This document shows positions 26,124 through 34,316 of a stretch of DNA of 34,316 nucleotides, piece after piece. Every line of letters begins with the position of its first letter. Position 1 is the first letter of the stretch. Location: positions 1-34,316 of IMG/VR virus record IMGVR_UViG_3300032239_001102; one strand, written 5' to 3'. A program made the position numbers and the translations under genes. The notes below the pieces were generated by a model. It worked only from the letters and a program-made list of their open reading frames with translations. It was not told the DNA's origin and ran no database searches. The DNA comes from a virus. Lineage: Duplodnaviria; Caudoviricetes.

Positions 26124-26443
26124 TTTTTTAGCTCGTCGGCCTTCGGCGCATCGTCGTTCAAGATCGCGTTGGCAACCCGAGCGACGACGTTTGAATCGGC
26201 CTTGTTCAGCAGCGTCAGCCGGTGATCGACCTCGAAGAGCTTCTTCCCATTCTCGTCTTGCGCCTTCATAATCAAGATATCTACCAGAAGCTCCATGTCA
26301 TTTTCTCGGCTCTTCTTGTAGAGCTTGTTTTTTTCCGAGAGCGTCATCGGTGCGGCGAACACCGTGATTTTCCATTCTGGAACTTCGATGCGCTTAAGTC
26401 CGAGCGATGAGAAGTGTTCCCTTACGAGGTCGATTGCGTCCAT
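26120..26443 (-). CDS. Tail assembly chaperone G (107 aa)
   Basis: IEVPEW, KAQDENGKKLF, ends ELKN at a slippery site; between tail tube and tape measure. Confidence 0.85.
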   Translation of the reverse strand: MDAIDLVREHFSSLGLKRIEVPEWKITVFAAPMTLSEKNKLYKKSRENDMELLVDILIMKAQDENGKKLFEVDHRLTLLNKADSNVVARVANAILNDDAPKADELKN

Positions 26444-26451
26444 GCGTCACC

Positions 26452-26835
26452 TCAGACCGTCAAAACGCTCAGGGTGCCGTTGCCCTCGATGGAGATCGAG
26501 CCCTCGACCATGCCGTCGAAGGCCGCGCTGACATCGTACTTCGTCACGATGCCGCCGCCCGAGTAGTAGGTCGCGGAGGTCGTGCCTTGCGGGTACAGGT
26601 TGACGGTCACGCTGGAGCCGATGGTGAGCAGCACCTGACCAGCATCGTTCAAATCCCAGTAGAGATCGCCCGAGACGCTCCACGTCTTCAAGGTCGCCTT
26701 GCGCGTGCGGAAGACATCGCCAATGGTCGAGTCCTCGACGACATCCGAAGACTGCGCGAGCGAGTAATTGCGAAGCTCGCCGATGGTGGTGCTGGACAGT
26801 TTGACGACGCCCTCGCGTCCGAGATGGTTAGCCAT
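26452..26835 (-). CDS. Tail tube (major tail) protein (127 aa)
   Basis: G.EGVVK...IGELRNYSL, TLKTWSVSGDLYWD, SISIEGNGTL. Confidence 0.85.
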   Translation of the reverse strand: MANHLGREGVVKLSSTTIGELRNYSLAQSSDVVEDSTIGDVFRTRKATLKTWSVSGDLYWDLNDAGQVLLTIGSSVTVNLYPQGTTSATYYSGGGIVTKYDVSAAFDGMVEGSISIEGNGTLSVLTV

Positions 26836-26836
26836 G

Positions 26837-27268
26837 TTAGTCGGTGGTTAAATAAATGCAAGTCAAGTTGTGCCGGGCGACGCCCCATTGCTGGTTTTCG
26901 TCAGGCTCGATCACATAATCAACGCTCGTCAAATGGGTGTCGCGGCACTTACCGCCTAGCGTGACATCTGCCAAAATCGCCGCCTCGACGGCGGCGCTGC
27001 CAGCGTCGAAGAGATCATCAATCGGGGTGATCGAAGTGGCCGCGGTGAAGTATTCCACGACGACCTGCAACTGCCGATACTGGTCCCGATTGTTAGGCGA
27101 GAGCGTGCGGATCTCCACGTCCTCGTGGATCGCGTAAACCGCACAGGACGGGAAGGAGATTGAGGCAATCGTGTTATGTCGACCGCGCAGTACGTTGGCG
27201 GTCACGACGACGCCGGCATTGATTAAGGCGGTTCCAATGGCGTTGCGGATGTCGGTGCGAGTGCTCAT
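26837..27268 (-). CDS. Tail terminator, gpU-like (143 aa)
   Basis: RTDIRNAI, VEAAILADVTLGG; position before the tail tube. Confidence 0.7.
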   Translation of the reverse strand: MSTRTDIRNAIGTALINAGVVVTANVLRGRHNTIASISFPSCAVYAIHEDVEIRTLSPNNRDQYRQLQVVVEYFTAATSITPIDDLFDAGSAAVEAAILADVTLGGKCRDTHLTSVDYVIEPDENQQWGVARHNLTCIYLTTD

Positions 27269-28047
27269 GGCGAGACGTATTCCATTTTGCCGGCTCCATC
27301 TACTTTGGCAAAGCCGAGATTGACTGCCTTATTGGCAAGGACGCGATCAACTTTCTTGAGCGTGATCTTCACCCGTGAATTGACCGCGCCATCAACCACT
27401 CGCTGATAGCCGGGAATTTTGACCTGCTTATTCACGGCGATGATGAAAGGATTTGTGGAGAAATTCGATTGCTGCGATCCAGACTTCGGACCGAAGCGAT
27501 CAGCGAACTTCTTCCAATTGGCACCCGTGACACGAGCCGCAGGAATCCAGCCCGAAATCGTCCAACCAACGCGGCCTTCCAACTCCTTTCGAAGAGCCGT
27601 CGAATCATCGGCATAGGCCATCATCATTTGATCCTTCTTGATCCTGCCGTAATTGTTGCGGGCGCGACGATGCACCGCGGATAATTGCGCCGCGGATTCA
27701 ATCATTTTTCTGCCACCATAGAATCCGATCTTAGGATTCCGCATCATGTCATTAATCTTCTGCGTCTCGCGGCGGCGCACGAGTTTGGCGAGTGAACTGT
27801 AAATGCTTCCTTTCGTTGCGCGGGCTTCGAGCTTCGCGGAACTAAGCGGAACCGCGAGCCTTGCAACGTCTCCGCGGATTGCGCCAACGCCTTGCTGGCG
27901 ACTCTTGGGAGGCGTAAACTGCATTAGTGTCTTGGTGATATATCGCGCCTCCTCGCGGATAACCGGCCCAAGGTCGGTCTTCGCCGCCAACGCAAGGCGC
28001 GTCAGAGCATAATCCAGCTTCGATGAATCGAATTTTAGGTCGATCAT
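27265..28047 (-). CDS. Neck / tail completion protein (260 aa)
   Basis: Basic protein between head closure and tail terminator; assigned mainly by synteny. Confidence 0.55.
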   Translation of the reverse strand: MIDLKFDSSKLDYALTRLALAAKTDLGPVIREEARYITKTLMQFTPPKSRQQGVGAIRGDVARLAVPLSSAKLEARATKGSIYSSLAKLVRRRETQKINDMMRNPKIGFYGGRKMIESAAQLSAVHRRARNNYGRIKKDQMMMAYADDSTALRKELEGRVGWTISGWIPAARVTGANWKKFADRFGPKSGSQQSNFSTNPFIIAVNKQVKIPGYQRVVDGAVNSRVKITLKKVDRVLANKAVNLGFAKVDGAGKMEYVSP

Positions 28048-28364
28048 ATCGCCTTGCAGACATCAATCTCACACCCGGTTCCCTCGGCATCAAAGCGAAC
28101 TTGCTCGACGAAGTAAGTCACGCCGGCCCGCACGACGGTCTGCGTGACCGCGGGCGTTCCACTCACCTGCGAGGTGGTGAAGAAAATAGTGAACTTGATA
28201 TCATCCCGGCGCTGATCCTCGAACTCCGAGAACATTGTGCGCGAGGAAGACCAGACTCCGGTCACGCTGGAGCCGAGATAGGAAAACGTGATGCCGGCCT
28301 GATCCAAGATGCCGGCAAAATCATAGGCCAATTGACTAGGAGCGAAGTCGCGCACGGTCGCCAT
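28044..28364 (-). CDS. Head closure protein, FII-like (106 aa; start MATVRDF or 28370)
   Basis: Small beta-rich protein ending GVTYFVEQVRFDAEG; synteny. Confidence 0.65.
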   Translation of the reverse strand: MATVRDFAPSQLAYDFAGILDQAGITFSYLGSSVTGVWSSSRTMFSEFEDQRRDDIKFTIFFTTSQVSGTPAVTQTVVRAGVTYFVEQVRFDAEGTGCEIDVCKAI

Positions 28365-28385
28365 ACCCATGCGCGGATTGTCTAA
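28365..28385 (-). promoter_or_regulatory. Late-gene upstream motif TTAGACA-N14-ATG (head closure/tail operon)
   Basis: Minus strand TTAGACA ATCCGC GC ATGGGT ATG. Confidence 0.55.
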
Positions 28386-28981
28386 GTGCCAGCGGGCGGC
28401 GGTGCCTCGCTTACCGCGTCGTCATATCGGTAGGTGTGCAGGATGCGGTCGATGCGGATCTCGCGCTGGGCATCCATGACCAAGTGCTTTGCCCACGCCC
28501 AGTCCTCGCCATAGTTGCTTGCTGGGAAGCGCACGCGCCGGGCCATCTCGCCACGCCATGCGCAGACGTGCCAAGCGTTGCGTCGGAAAGTCGGTTGGGC
28601 AAACGCCTCGTTCGGATGTCGAAGGGAGAACTGGCAAAGAGCGGCCTTTCCATTCACGACCGCAAGCTGATCGAAGGTGATGACCGACACGTCATCGGGA
28701 GCATCAGTAGCCGCTAAAACCAGCGTCTTGATGTAGTCCTCGGCAACGTCGTCGTCATCGTCGCAGAAGGCGACGAACTTGCCGCGAGACATTTGCACGA
28801 GCGCGTCTCGCTTTTCCCCGATGGTGCGCTGGCGATTATCTAGGAAGACGAGAAGTTCAACGGTATTTCCGTCCTCAAGTGCATTGACCTGTTCTTCGAG
28901 TTTACGCCAGAGCGGCCAGAGATGCGTCTGGTATCGCTTAGGCGTCGCCGGGATAAGGACCGACAAGATCGGCGCGCTCAT
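28382..28981 (-). CDS. Glycosyltransferase family 2 (199 aa)
   Basis: LSVLIPA, IGEKRDALV..SRGKFVAFCDDDD, YGEDWAW. Confidence 0.88.
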   Translation of the reverse strand: MSAPILSVLIPATPKRYQTHLWPLWRKLEEQVNALEDGNTVELLVFLDNRQRTIGEKRDALVQMSRGKFVAFCDDDDDVAEDYIKTLVLAATDAPDDVSVITFDQLAVVNGKAALCQFSLRHPNEAFAQPTFRRNAWHVCAWRGEMARRVRFPASNYGEDWAWAKHLVMDAQREIRIDRILHTYRYDDAVSEAPPPAGT

Positions 28982-30681
28982 TTGGCGTTAGGATTGCGGG
29001 CACGGAAAAGAGCTTCCCCGGCCTTGTAACGCTCGGTCGAGTTGGAGTGCTGGTAGGTTGCGTCCATCTTTCCTTTTCCAAATGCCGGGTGGTGATGCTC
29101 GAAGATAAGCTCGCTGCGCTTGTCGATCACGCAGCCATCGCGGAAGGCGCGGCACGAAAATTCGTTGTCCGAGAACACCGAAGGATAGCCGGCGTGGAAT
29201 ACTTCGTTGCCTTGCGCCTCGTATCGCGCACGCGAGAGAATCGCCATGCAGAGCAGATCGTCCCGGCGGGTTCCGTCTCCAACGGCGATCACGAAAGCAT
29301 CCCGTTGCGGGTCTTTGCCTTGCGCTGCCTCAAGGAGATTCATGTCCCAGTTGAGCGGCGGCGTCCAATCGTCGGACATCTGCACGAGAATGTCACCGCG
29401 GGCGGACTTGGCCGCGAGATTCCACGCAGCAACGCAACTCTTGTCCTCGGAGACGACGCTCGTGAACTGCTTCGCCATCTCGCTCGAAACCTTATCGTCC
29501 GCGTCTACCGCGAAGATGTGCTCGATCTGCGCCGGCTTGGCCGCGGCATTGAGCCAGAGATCCCGAGCATGGACCGCTTGACTGCTCCGCCCACGAGTCG
29601 CGTGCAGGAGCGAAATCTTGGGCATCGCTCCCTCGTGAAATTGCCATTGCAATACGCCGGCCATCGCGGGATTGCCACCGACACGATATGCGCGAGCGGC
29701 GAGATCATAGCCGGACCAACCGTAGTATTTCGGCTCATGCGTCCACGGTCTGTCTTCGGCTAGCGGCTCGCGTAATCCCAGCATTTTATCGGCCCACCAG
29801 ATCGCACGCTTGTAATCCTTTTTCTCGAAGCTCAAGAGAATGAGCGCGGCAAGAGCCTCGCGGCACCAAGGGAAAATGCCGTGCGCGTCCATCAGCCATC
29901 CGTGCGCCTCGCGGTGCGAGTTCGAGAGCCGGGCGCAGTTGAGCAGCGTCTCATATCGGAAAGCCGGCGGCAGATTCGGGAAGGCTAGCGCGATCTTGCC
30001 GTATTCAAACGCGGCGTCCCGCGACTGAGAGCAGTAGTGCTCTTGGTGAATGTAGAAATATTGCGTCGCGGCTTCGCGCACCGAGTGCGACAGGATGCGG
30101 AGATTTCGGCGACGATTGTCGCGCTTTACCTCAACGGGAACGTGGACCCAGATCGGCGCTTGCCAGTCCTCGTGCTTGTCGCCTTCGAGCAGCAGCAGGT
30201 TCTCGTGCACATCATGATGCCACTTGCGCCCGCTTGCAAAGCTCTCGCGTCGGATAGCACGCTCTCGAAACAGCTTCTTGCCACTCCCGCGGACATCGTA
30301 GAGGCAACGCACCATCTTTACCTCCGAGGAAAGCGTCTCCAACTTGGCGCGAAAATCCTCGGCGTTCTCGATGATGTCGTCGCAGTCGGCCCAGATCAGC
30401 CAGTCGCCCGTGCCTTGCGCGAACGCCGCGTTGCGAGCATTGGCGAATGAGTCAACGTGCTCCCAGTTCTCCGCTCCTTGGTCGTTCTTGTATTCGCGAA
30501 TGGCAAATGCCTTATCGTACTCCTCGCAAAACGATTGGGCGAGCAGCACGGTCTCATCCGCTTCTTTGGCTCCGATGGCCCGCACGAGTGAAAGCTCGTC
30601 GAAGATGGGAGAGAACGATCGCAACATCGTCAGGATATGCTGACGCTCATTGCCGCAGATCACGCACAGGGAAACTCGCAT
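28978..30681 (-). CDS. Double glycosyltransferase: GT2 + TPR-like helices + second GT2 domain (567 aa; start MRVSLCVIC)
   Basis: VSLCVICGNE, SFANARNAAF..GTGDWLIWADCDD, VHE; then ISLLHATRGR, CVAAWN.AA..ARGDILVQMSDD, FSDNEF. Confidence 0.88.
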   Translation of the reverse strand: MRVSLCVICGNERQHILTMLRSFSPIFDELSLVRAIGAKEADETVLLAQSFCEEYDKAFAIREYKNDQGAENWEHVDSFANARNAAFAQGTGDWLIWADCDDIIENAEDFRAKLETLSSEVKMVRCLYDVRGSGKKLFRERAIRRESFASGRKWHHDVHENLLLLEGDKHEDWQAPIWVHVPVEVKRDNRRRNLRILSHSVREAATQYFYIHQEHYCSQSRDAAFEYGKIALAFPNLPPAFRYETLLNCARLSNSHREAHGWLMDAHGIFPWCREALAALILLSFEKKDYKRAIWWADKMLGLREPLAEDRPWTHEPKYYGWSGYDLAARAYRVGGNPAMAGVLQWQFHEGAMPKISLLHATRGRSSQAVHARDLWLNAAAKPAQIEHIFAVDADDKVSSEMAKQFTSVVSEDKSCVAAWNLAAKSARGDILVQMSDDWTPPLNWDMNLLEAAQGKDPQRDAFVIAVGDGTRRDDLLCMAILSRARYEAQGNEVFHAGYPSVFSDNEFSCRAFRDGCVIDKRSELIFEHHHPAFGKGKMDATYQHSNSTERYKAGEALFRARNPNAK

Positions 30682-30703
30682 GACGCTGGCGTGATGCGTC
30701 AAA
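30682..30703 (-). promoter_or_regulatory. Late-gene upstream motif TTTGACG-N15-ATG (glycosyltransferases)
   Basis: Minus strand TTTGACG CATCAC GC CAGCGTC ATG; overlaps the U-tract of the capsid terminator. Confidence 0.6.
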
Positions 30704-30736
30704 AAAGAAGCCCGCGCCCCTTGTGAGAGCGCGGGC
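30701..30736 (-). terminator. Rho-independent terminator after the major capsid gene
   Basis: Minus strand GCCCGCGCTCT-CACA-AGGGGCGCGGGC-TTCTTTTTT. Confidence 0.8.
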
Positions 30737-30773
30737 CCGGCATCGGGGTACCCGTCAGCCGTTTCTAGTTTGG

Positions 30774-31736
30774 TTAGGCCTGAGTGGCGATCAGCTGGCC
30801 GGCGTTGGTGTTGACCACCTTCTCGCTCGTATACTGAGCGGAGCGCACGATGTTCGACTTGATCGACTCGTCGCGGTAGGTGAACACGCCCACGGCGGGA
30901 CCGTATTCGGACCAGTTCAGCGTGAAGCCCGCGCCACCGCCGAAGTAGCCGGCAGAAGCGTCCGTCACGGCACCAACCCAGACGTAGGTGTTCGCCCACG
31001 CCTGCGTGCCGCTGAAGGCGACGCCCTCGGGCGCGGCGTCATAAGACACACGACCGATCAGCACCTCGCTGACGCCGAAGACCTGCGCAGCCGCCTCGGT
31101 GGAGGCGTTCAGAATGGTGTCGGTCGAGAGACCGATGCCACGCAGACGGTTCTGGAACTTGGTCGAGGCGCGAGCCAGCGTCCAGATCGGGTAGGGGATG
31201 ACGACGCGGAGATTGTCCACGCTCTCGCCGTTCGCCAGCAGACGATCCTTGGCGAGGTCGATATCGTAGCCGATGTCGAACGTCGCCAGATTGCCGCTCG
31301 TGTAAGCGGTCGCGGAATTGGTCGAGGTGAAGTTCGACGTGCTGAAGATCTGCGCGGCCACGCGGAGTTCGTGGGCGAGCAGCAGCTTGCGGCGGGCGAG
31401 CTTCGCGGCGATGACCTCGGCATCGAAGAAACGGTTGATGTCGGCGTTCACCGTATCATCAACGGCCTCCTCATAGCCGTACTCGCTCGCCGTATAGCTC
31501 TCGTAGTTGAAAGCGCGGGTGCCGCGGGCGAAGGACGAGTAAGGAGCGCGAGCCTTCACATCATTCTTGAGGAGCTGACCCTCCTTGAGCTTGAAGGAAG
31601 GATACTGGCCGGCGCGAACCGGGACATTGAGAACGGGCATGACGCGGAGACCGATGAGGTTCGTCTCCCAGTCCTTCGCCTGCTCGAGAACGCCGGCGAT
31701 GTCGCCACGGAAAATGGCAGCAGAATTGGTATACAT
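30774..31736 (-). CDS. Major capsid protein (320 aa)
   Basis: IG.RVMPV..V....GQY, EYGYEEAVDD, LLLAHELRVA; strongly biased codons; follows protease and decoration genes and precedes a terminator. Confidence 0.85.
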   Translation of the reverse strand: MYTNSAAIFRGDIAGVLEQAKDWETNLIGLRVMPVLNVPVRAGQYPSFKLKEGQLLKNDVKARAPYSSFARGTRAFNYESYTASEYGYEEAVDDTVNADINRFFDAEVIAAKLARRKLLLAHELRVAAQIFSTSNFTSTNSATAYTSGNLATFDIGYDIDLAKDRLLANGESVDNLRVVIPYPIWTLARASTKFQNRLRGIGLSTDTILNASTEAAAQVFGVSEVLIGRVSYDAAPEGVAFSGTQAWANTYVWVGAVTDASAGYFGGGAGFTLNWSEYGPAVGVFTYRDESIKSNIVRSAQYTSEKVVNTNAGQLIATQA

Positions 31737-31755
31737 GGTAGGTAAGTTCTACGGA

Positions 31756-32106
31756 TTAGATGTTCTTCGGCAGGAACTCCACCACCGCGCCAGTCGTGCT
31801 GGTCGTGGTCTTGGACTTGCCGATGGTGACGGTGCCAGTGGTCGAAATCTGACCGCTGGACGCGAGGTAGAGGGTATCGCCGGCGGTGACAGGAGCAGCG
31901 GCGAGCGTGCCCTTGAGCGTGCCATTGTTCGTGAGGAACGCGACGGAGACGTTATCGCCCGAGGCGGCGTCGATAAGAGCGAAGCCGTCGCAAGCCGTGG
32001 AGGTGGAGAGACCCACGCCGCCGTTCGTGGAGAGAACGACGCCGAGGCTCTGGGTGATGACGGTGTTGGCAGTAAACGTGCCCGCACCGAGATAATTGGT
32101 GGCCAT
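31756..32106 (-). CDS. Capsid decoration/cement protein, DUF2190-like (116 aa)
   Basis: DAASGDNVSV, VTAGDTLY....GQI, IGK...T..GAVVE. Confidence 0.75.
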   Translation of the reverse strand: MATNYLGAGTFTANTVITQSLGVVLSTNGGVGLSTSTACDGFALIDAASGDNVSVAFLTNNGTLKGTLAAAPVTAGDTLYLASSGQISTTGTVTIGKSKTTTSTTGAVVEFLPKNI

Positions 32107-32126
32107 GTTAGTTTAGGGGGAAAAAG

Positions 32127-33086
32127 TTAGAGCTTGATGAGTTCGCCGCCCTGCACGCGTGTGCGGAAAGCAACGTATTCGTTCGCGTGGTTCTTCACGC
32201 AAAAGGCGATGGCCGCGGCCTTGTCGCCCTTGAGCTCCGCGGCCTTGTCGGAAACGAGAGCCTCAAAGGTCTTCGCTTCGACCTTCGCGGGAGCGGGAGC
32301 CTCCGCGGACACGACCGCGACAGGAGCGGGAGCACCGATGGTCTTGGCAAATTCTTTGAGCGCCGCAGTAGCGGCTTCCTTGGCGGCGAGCTGCACGACT
32401 TCCTCCTGAGAGGAGCAGGCAACCGGCTTGTTGGCGTCGGCAGGCTTCGGCATACCGCTCTCCAGCTTGGAGAGACGTTCGCCAAAGCCCATCATCGCGG
32501 ATTCAATCATCCCGGCAATTTGGGACTTCAGATCTTCGTTCATGGGTGACTTAGTGGTTGTGGTTACGTTAGCAGGCGCGACTGCGCCACCCGCCGGCTG
32601 AAGGTTCAACTTGCGGGAAAAGAAGCCATCGGGATTCGCGGCTGGCGAATCCACAACATCGACCGAGAAGATCTCGCTGCATCGCTGAAGAACGGTCTTC
32701 TTGTCAGCGGCGAGTTCGCTCGGACCCGAGAAGGCGATGGAAAGGCCAAAAGTATCGGGAATTTTTTGCGCGATCTCTAGAATGTAGTTTCGATGCGGCG
32801 AATTCTCGAGGAGATGCAGATCGCCCAGCAGTTTCTTGCCTTCGATCCGCAGCGCATCGACATAGCCGATAATGTCGCCGGCCTGACCAGAATGGTTTAG
32901 TTTCACCTTGAGCCCGCCCGAATATTCGCTTGCGGCCTGCATCACTTGCTGAAGCGTCTTCGCGTCCACCATCACGCCATGTCCCAGCGCCGGGCCTTCG
33001 GTAATGAGAGAAACGCCGCGGATGACGCCAGATTTGGCATCGATTGCGCCCTCGGCGGCGGCGAAACAAAGGATATGGTCGCTCAT
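32127..33086 (-). CDS. Prohead protease with C-terminal scaffolding region (319 aa)
   Basis: VKLNH, FGLSIAFSG, SVDVVDSPAANPDG; Ala/Lys-rich helical C-terminal half. Confidence 0.8.
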   Translation of the reverse strand: MSDHILCFAAAEGAIDAKSGVIRGVSLITEGPALGHGVMVDAKTLQQVMQAASEYSGGLKVKLNHSGQAGDIIGYVDALRIEGKKLLGDLHLLENSPHRNYILEIAQKIPDTFGLSIAFSGPSELAADKKTVLQRCSEIFSVDVVDSPAANPDGFFSRKLNLQPAGGAVAPANVTTTTKSPMNEDLKSQIAGMIESAMMGFGERLSKLESGMPKPADANKPVACSSQEEVVQLAAKEAATAALKEFAKTIGAPAPVAVVSAEAPAPAKVEAKTFEALVSDKAAELKGDKAAAIAFCVKNHANEYVAFRTRVQGGELIKL

Positions 33087-33108
33087 CTCAAGTGCCGATC
33101 TTGTCTAA
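33087..33108 (-). promoter_or_regulatory. Late-gene upstream motif TTAGACA-N15-ATG (protease/capsid operon)
   Basis: Minus strand TTAGACA AGATCG GC ACTTGAG ATG. Confidence 0.6.
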
Positions 33109-33109
33109 A

Positions 33110-33271
33110 TCACTCCTTCTTCGATCCCTCCGAGGCTTCCTTCTGCCAGCGCCAAAGCAAAAAGGCGATGCCGAGAATGGTGCCGCAGAGCCCGGCAACC
33201 TCGTTGATCTGAGAGACGACGGTGGCGGTGACGGTTGGCGTGGAAGCGACGATAAAGTCGGAGGCTTTCAT
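33110..33271 (-). CDS. Small membrane protein, possibly holin-like (53 aa; start MKASDFIV)
   Basis: Hydrophobic helix AGLCGTILGIAFLLW followed by a charged tail; next to the holin-like gene. Confidence 0.55.
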   Translation of the reverse strand: MKASDFIVASTPTVTATVVSQINEVAGLCGTILGIAFLLWRWQKEASEGSKKE

Positions 33272-33281
33272 GTCAGAAAAA

Positions 33282-33725
33282 TCATTTCTTCGCGCTGTAA
33301 CGGCTTCCAAACCACCAGAAAATCGCGGTGAAAGAACCAAAGACCATCTCCGAGGCCAACTGATCGCGGACTGTCTGCGACGCTTGGGCATAGATAAGAC
33401 AAAGAACGCCAAGCATTGCCCATGTCAGAAGTGGCCGAGTCGCTCCGCGCAGCGCATCGACACCCACGAAGACGTTTATCATGATGGGATGCGTCTGCGC
33501 CGGCAATTCTCGCAAGCTCGCATTGGCTCCCTCCTGAGATTTAGAAAAGGCGTTCCACGCAGCCTCTTTCTCGGCAGCGTTCACCTTGGCCTGTAGCAGC
33601 ATGATCTCGACCTCGGCATCCTTCTTCTTGCGCCAAGTCTCGAAGATGCCGCTCCCTAGATGCAACAGCGAACCAACGACACCGCCGCCGGCTGCGTTAA
33701 ATAAGAGATCAACAATGCTCGCCAC
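33282..33725 (-). CDS. Holin-like membrane protein, GTA 3TM-holin type (147 aa)
   Basis: VDALRGATRPLLTW...IFWWFGSR motif; hydrophobic segments. Confidence 0.7.
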   Translation of the reverse strand: MASIVDLLFNAAGGGVVGSLLHLGSGIFETWRKKKDAEVEIMLLQAKVNAAEKEAAWNAFSKSQEGANASLRELPAQTHPIMINVFVGVDALRGATRPLLTWAMLGVLCLIYAQASQTVRDQLASEMVFGSFTAIFWWFGSRYSAKK

Positions 33726-33809
33726 ACTCTAAGTCAAAACGCCAAAACCAGCATCGCCATGATAGCGATGCCGATGATGGCGAAAATCTCGCTCTCGGAC
33801 GGAACTACC

Positions 33810-33968
33810 TCAAGCGGACTTGGGCTGTTCCACCAGCGGAGCAAGCGTGCGCAAAGCCTTTTCAATAAGCTCATGTTCGGCCCGCGTACCGCGGAACTGC
33901 ACCGCGGTCTGCGCGAGGATATCAAAAGCCTGCTTCGGAGTGATCTCGGGATTGTTAGTCTGTTCCAT
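33810..33968 (-). CDS. Small hypothetical protein (52 aa; MEQTNNPEITPKQAFDILAQ...)
   Basis: Read by hand; preceded by the late motif; amphipathic helices. Confidence 0.6.
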   Translation of the reverse strand: MEQTNNPEITPKQAFDILAQTAVQFRGTRAEHELIEKALRTLAPLVEQPKSA

Positions 33969-33990
33969 GACGCTCGCGGCAATCGTCAAA
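33969..33990 (-). promoter_or_regulatory. Late-gene upstream motif TTTGACG-N15-ATG (52-aa gene/holin block)
   Basis: Minus strand TTTGACG ATTGCC GC GAGCGTC ATG. Confidence 0.6.
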
Positions 33991-33993
33991 AAC

Positions 33994-34269
33994 TCACTCG
34001 CTTACGGGAGCCCGCTGCGCCTGCGCCGCTTTCTCCTGATACGCGATGGCGACGACGAACGCCGAGACCTGCGCGTAGGTCAGCGTTTCGCCGTCCACGG
34101 TCACGGTCGTGTCGGCATTGAGCGGCCAGTTCACGCTGGTCCACGGCGCTTGATAGACGACGCCGTCGATGGTAGTGGCGCTTCCAAAAAAGGCCGTCGC
34201 GGTGGGATTCTCGCCGGTCGGATCGGTTTGGATGCGGGCGAGGAAGGTTTCGGTGGTGGATGTAGGCAT
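33994..34269 (-). CDS. Small fibre-associated hypothetical protein (91 aa)
   Basis: Starts 12 nt after the fibre stop across the circular junction. Confidence 0.7.
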   Translation of the reverse strand: MPTSTTETFLARIQTDPTGENPTATAFFGSATTIDGVVYQAPWTSVNWPLNADTTVTVDGETLTYAQVSAFVVAIAYQEKAAQAQRAPVSE

Positions 34270-34316
34270 GGTTATTAAGTATTAACGAACACGGCGGGCT
34301 TGAATACGACCATAGG
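34194..34316. repeat. 123-bp terminal direct repeat, copy 2
   Basis: Matches bases 1-123. Confidence 0.95.

Noticed and set aside
28978-30999. Extended ORF-track starts (673-aa GT; also 13656, 14215, 16309, 9226, 6519)
   Set aside because: Extensions overlap neighbouring genes, promoters or terminators, or precede the first family motif; downstream starts match motifs and coupling
33734-33982. 82-aa ORF with a hydrophobic end
   Set aside because: Overlaps the better-supported 52-aa ORF 33810-33968; a short membrane peptide from its 3' part cannot be excluded
1-34316. Alternative genetic code or tRNA genes
   Set aside because: Core genes are full length in the standard code, all three stop codons are used, and I saw no cloverleaf in the short intergenic gaps

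Overview
The window looks like one complete, circularly assembled ~34.2 kb tailed phage genome of siphovirus type; bases 1-123 are repeated at 34194-34316. Nearly all genes lie on the minus strand. Reading from an early promoter near 19250 the order is: small early genes with a secreted i-type-lysozyme-like protein, RecT/RecE-like recombination, RusA, a DUF1376-type replication initiator with an internal iteron origin, DnaB, a sigma-region-4-like HTH protein, a lambda-like cos, terminase small and large (GpA type) separated by three genes with their own promoter, a lone plus-strand Dps-like ferritin, gpW, a lambda-type portal with a long C-terminal extension, and a 1268-aa fibre. Across the circular junction come holin-like genes, protease/scaffold, decoration protein, major capsid, two glycosyltransferases, head-tail connectors, tail tube, a frameshifted tail chaperone, a short tape measure and tail tip genes. 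I recognised no integrase, CI-like repressor, tRNA or CRISPR. The most notable unexplained signal is TT(T/A)GAC(G/A)-N6-(G/A)C lying 14-17 nt before six late start codons that lack Shine-Dalgarno sequences; it may be read by the sigma-4-like protein. Two near-identically built early promoters with a shared palindromic operator are also visible. All product calls come from motif recognition by eye, not database searches.
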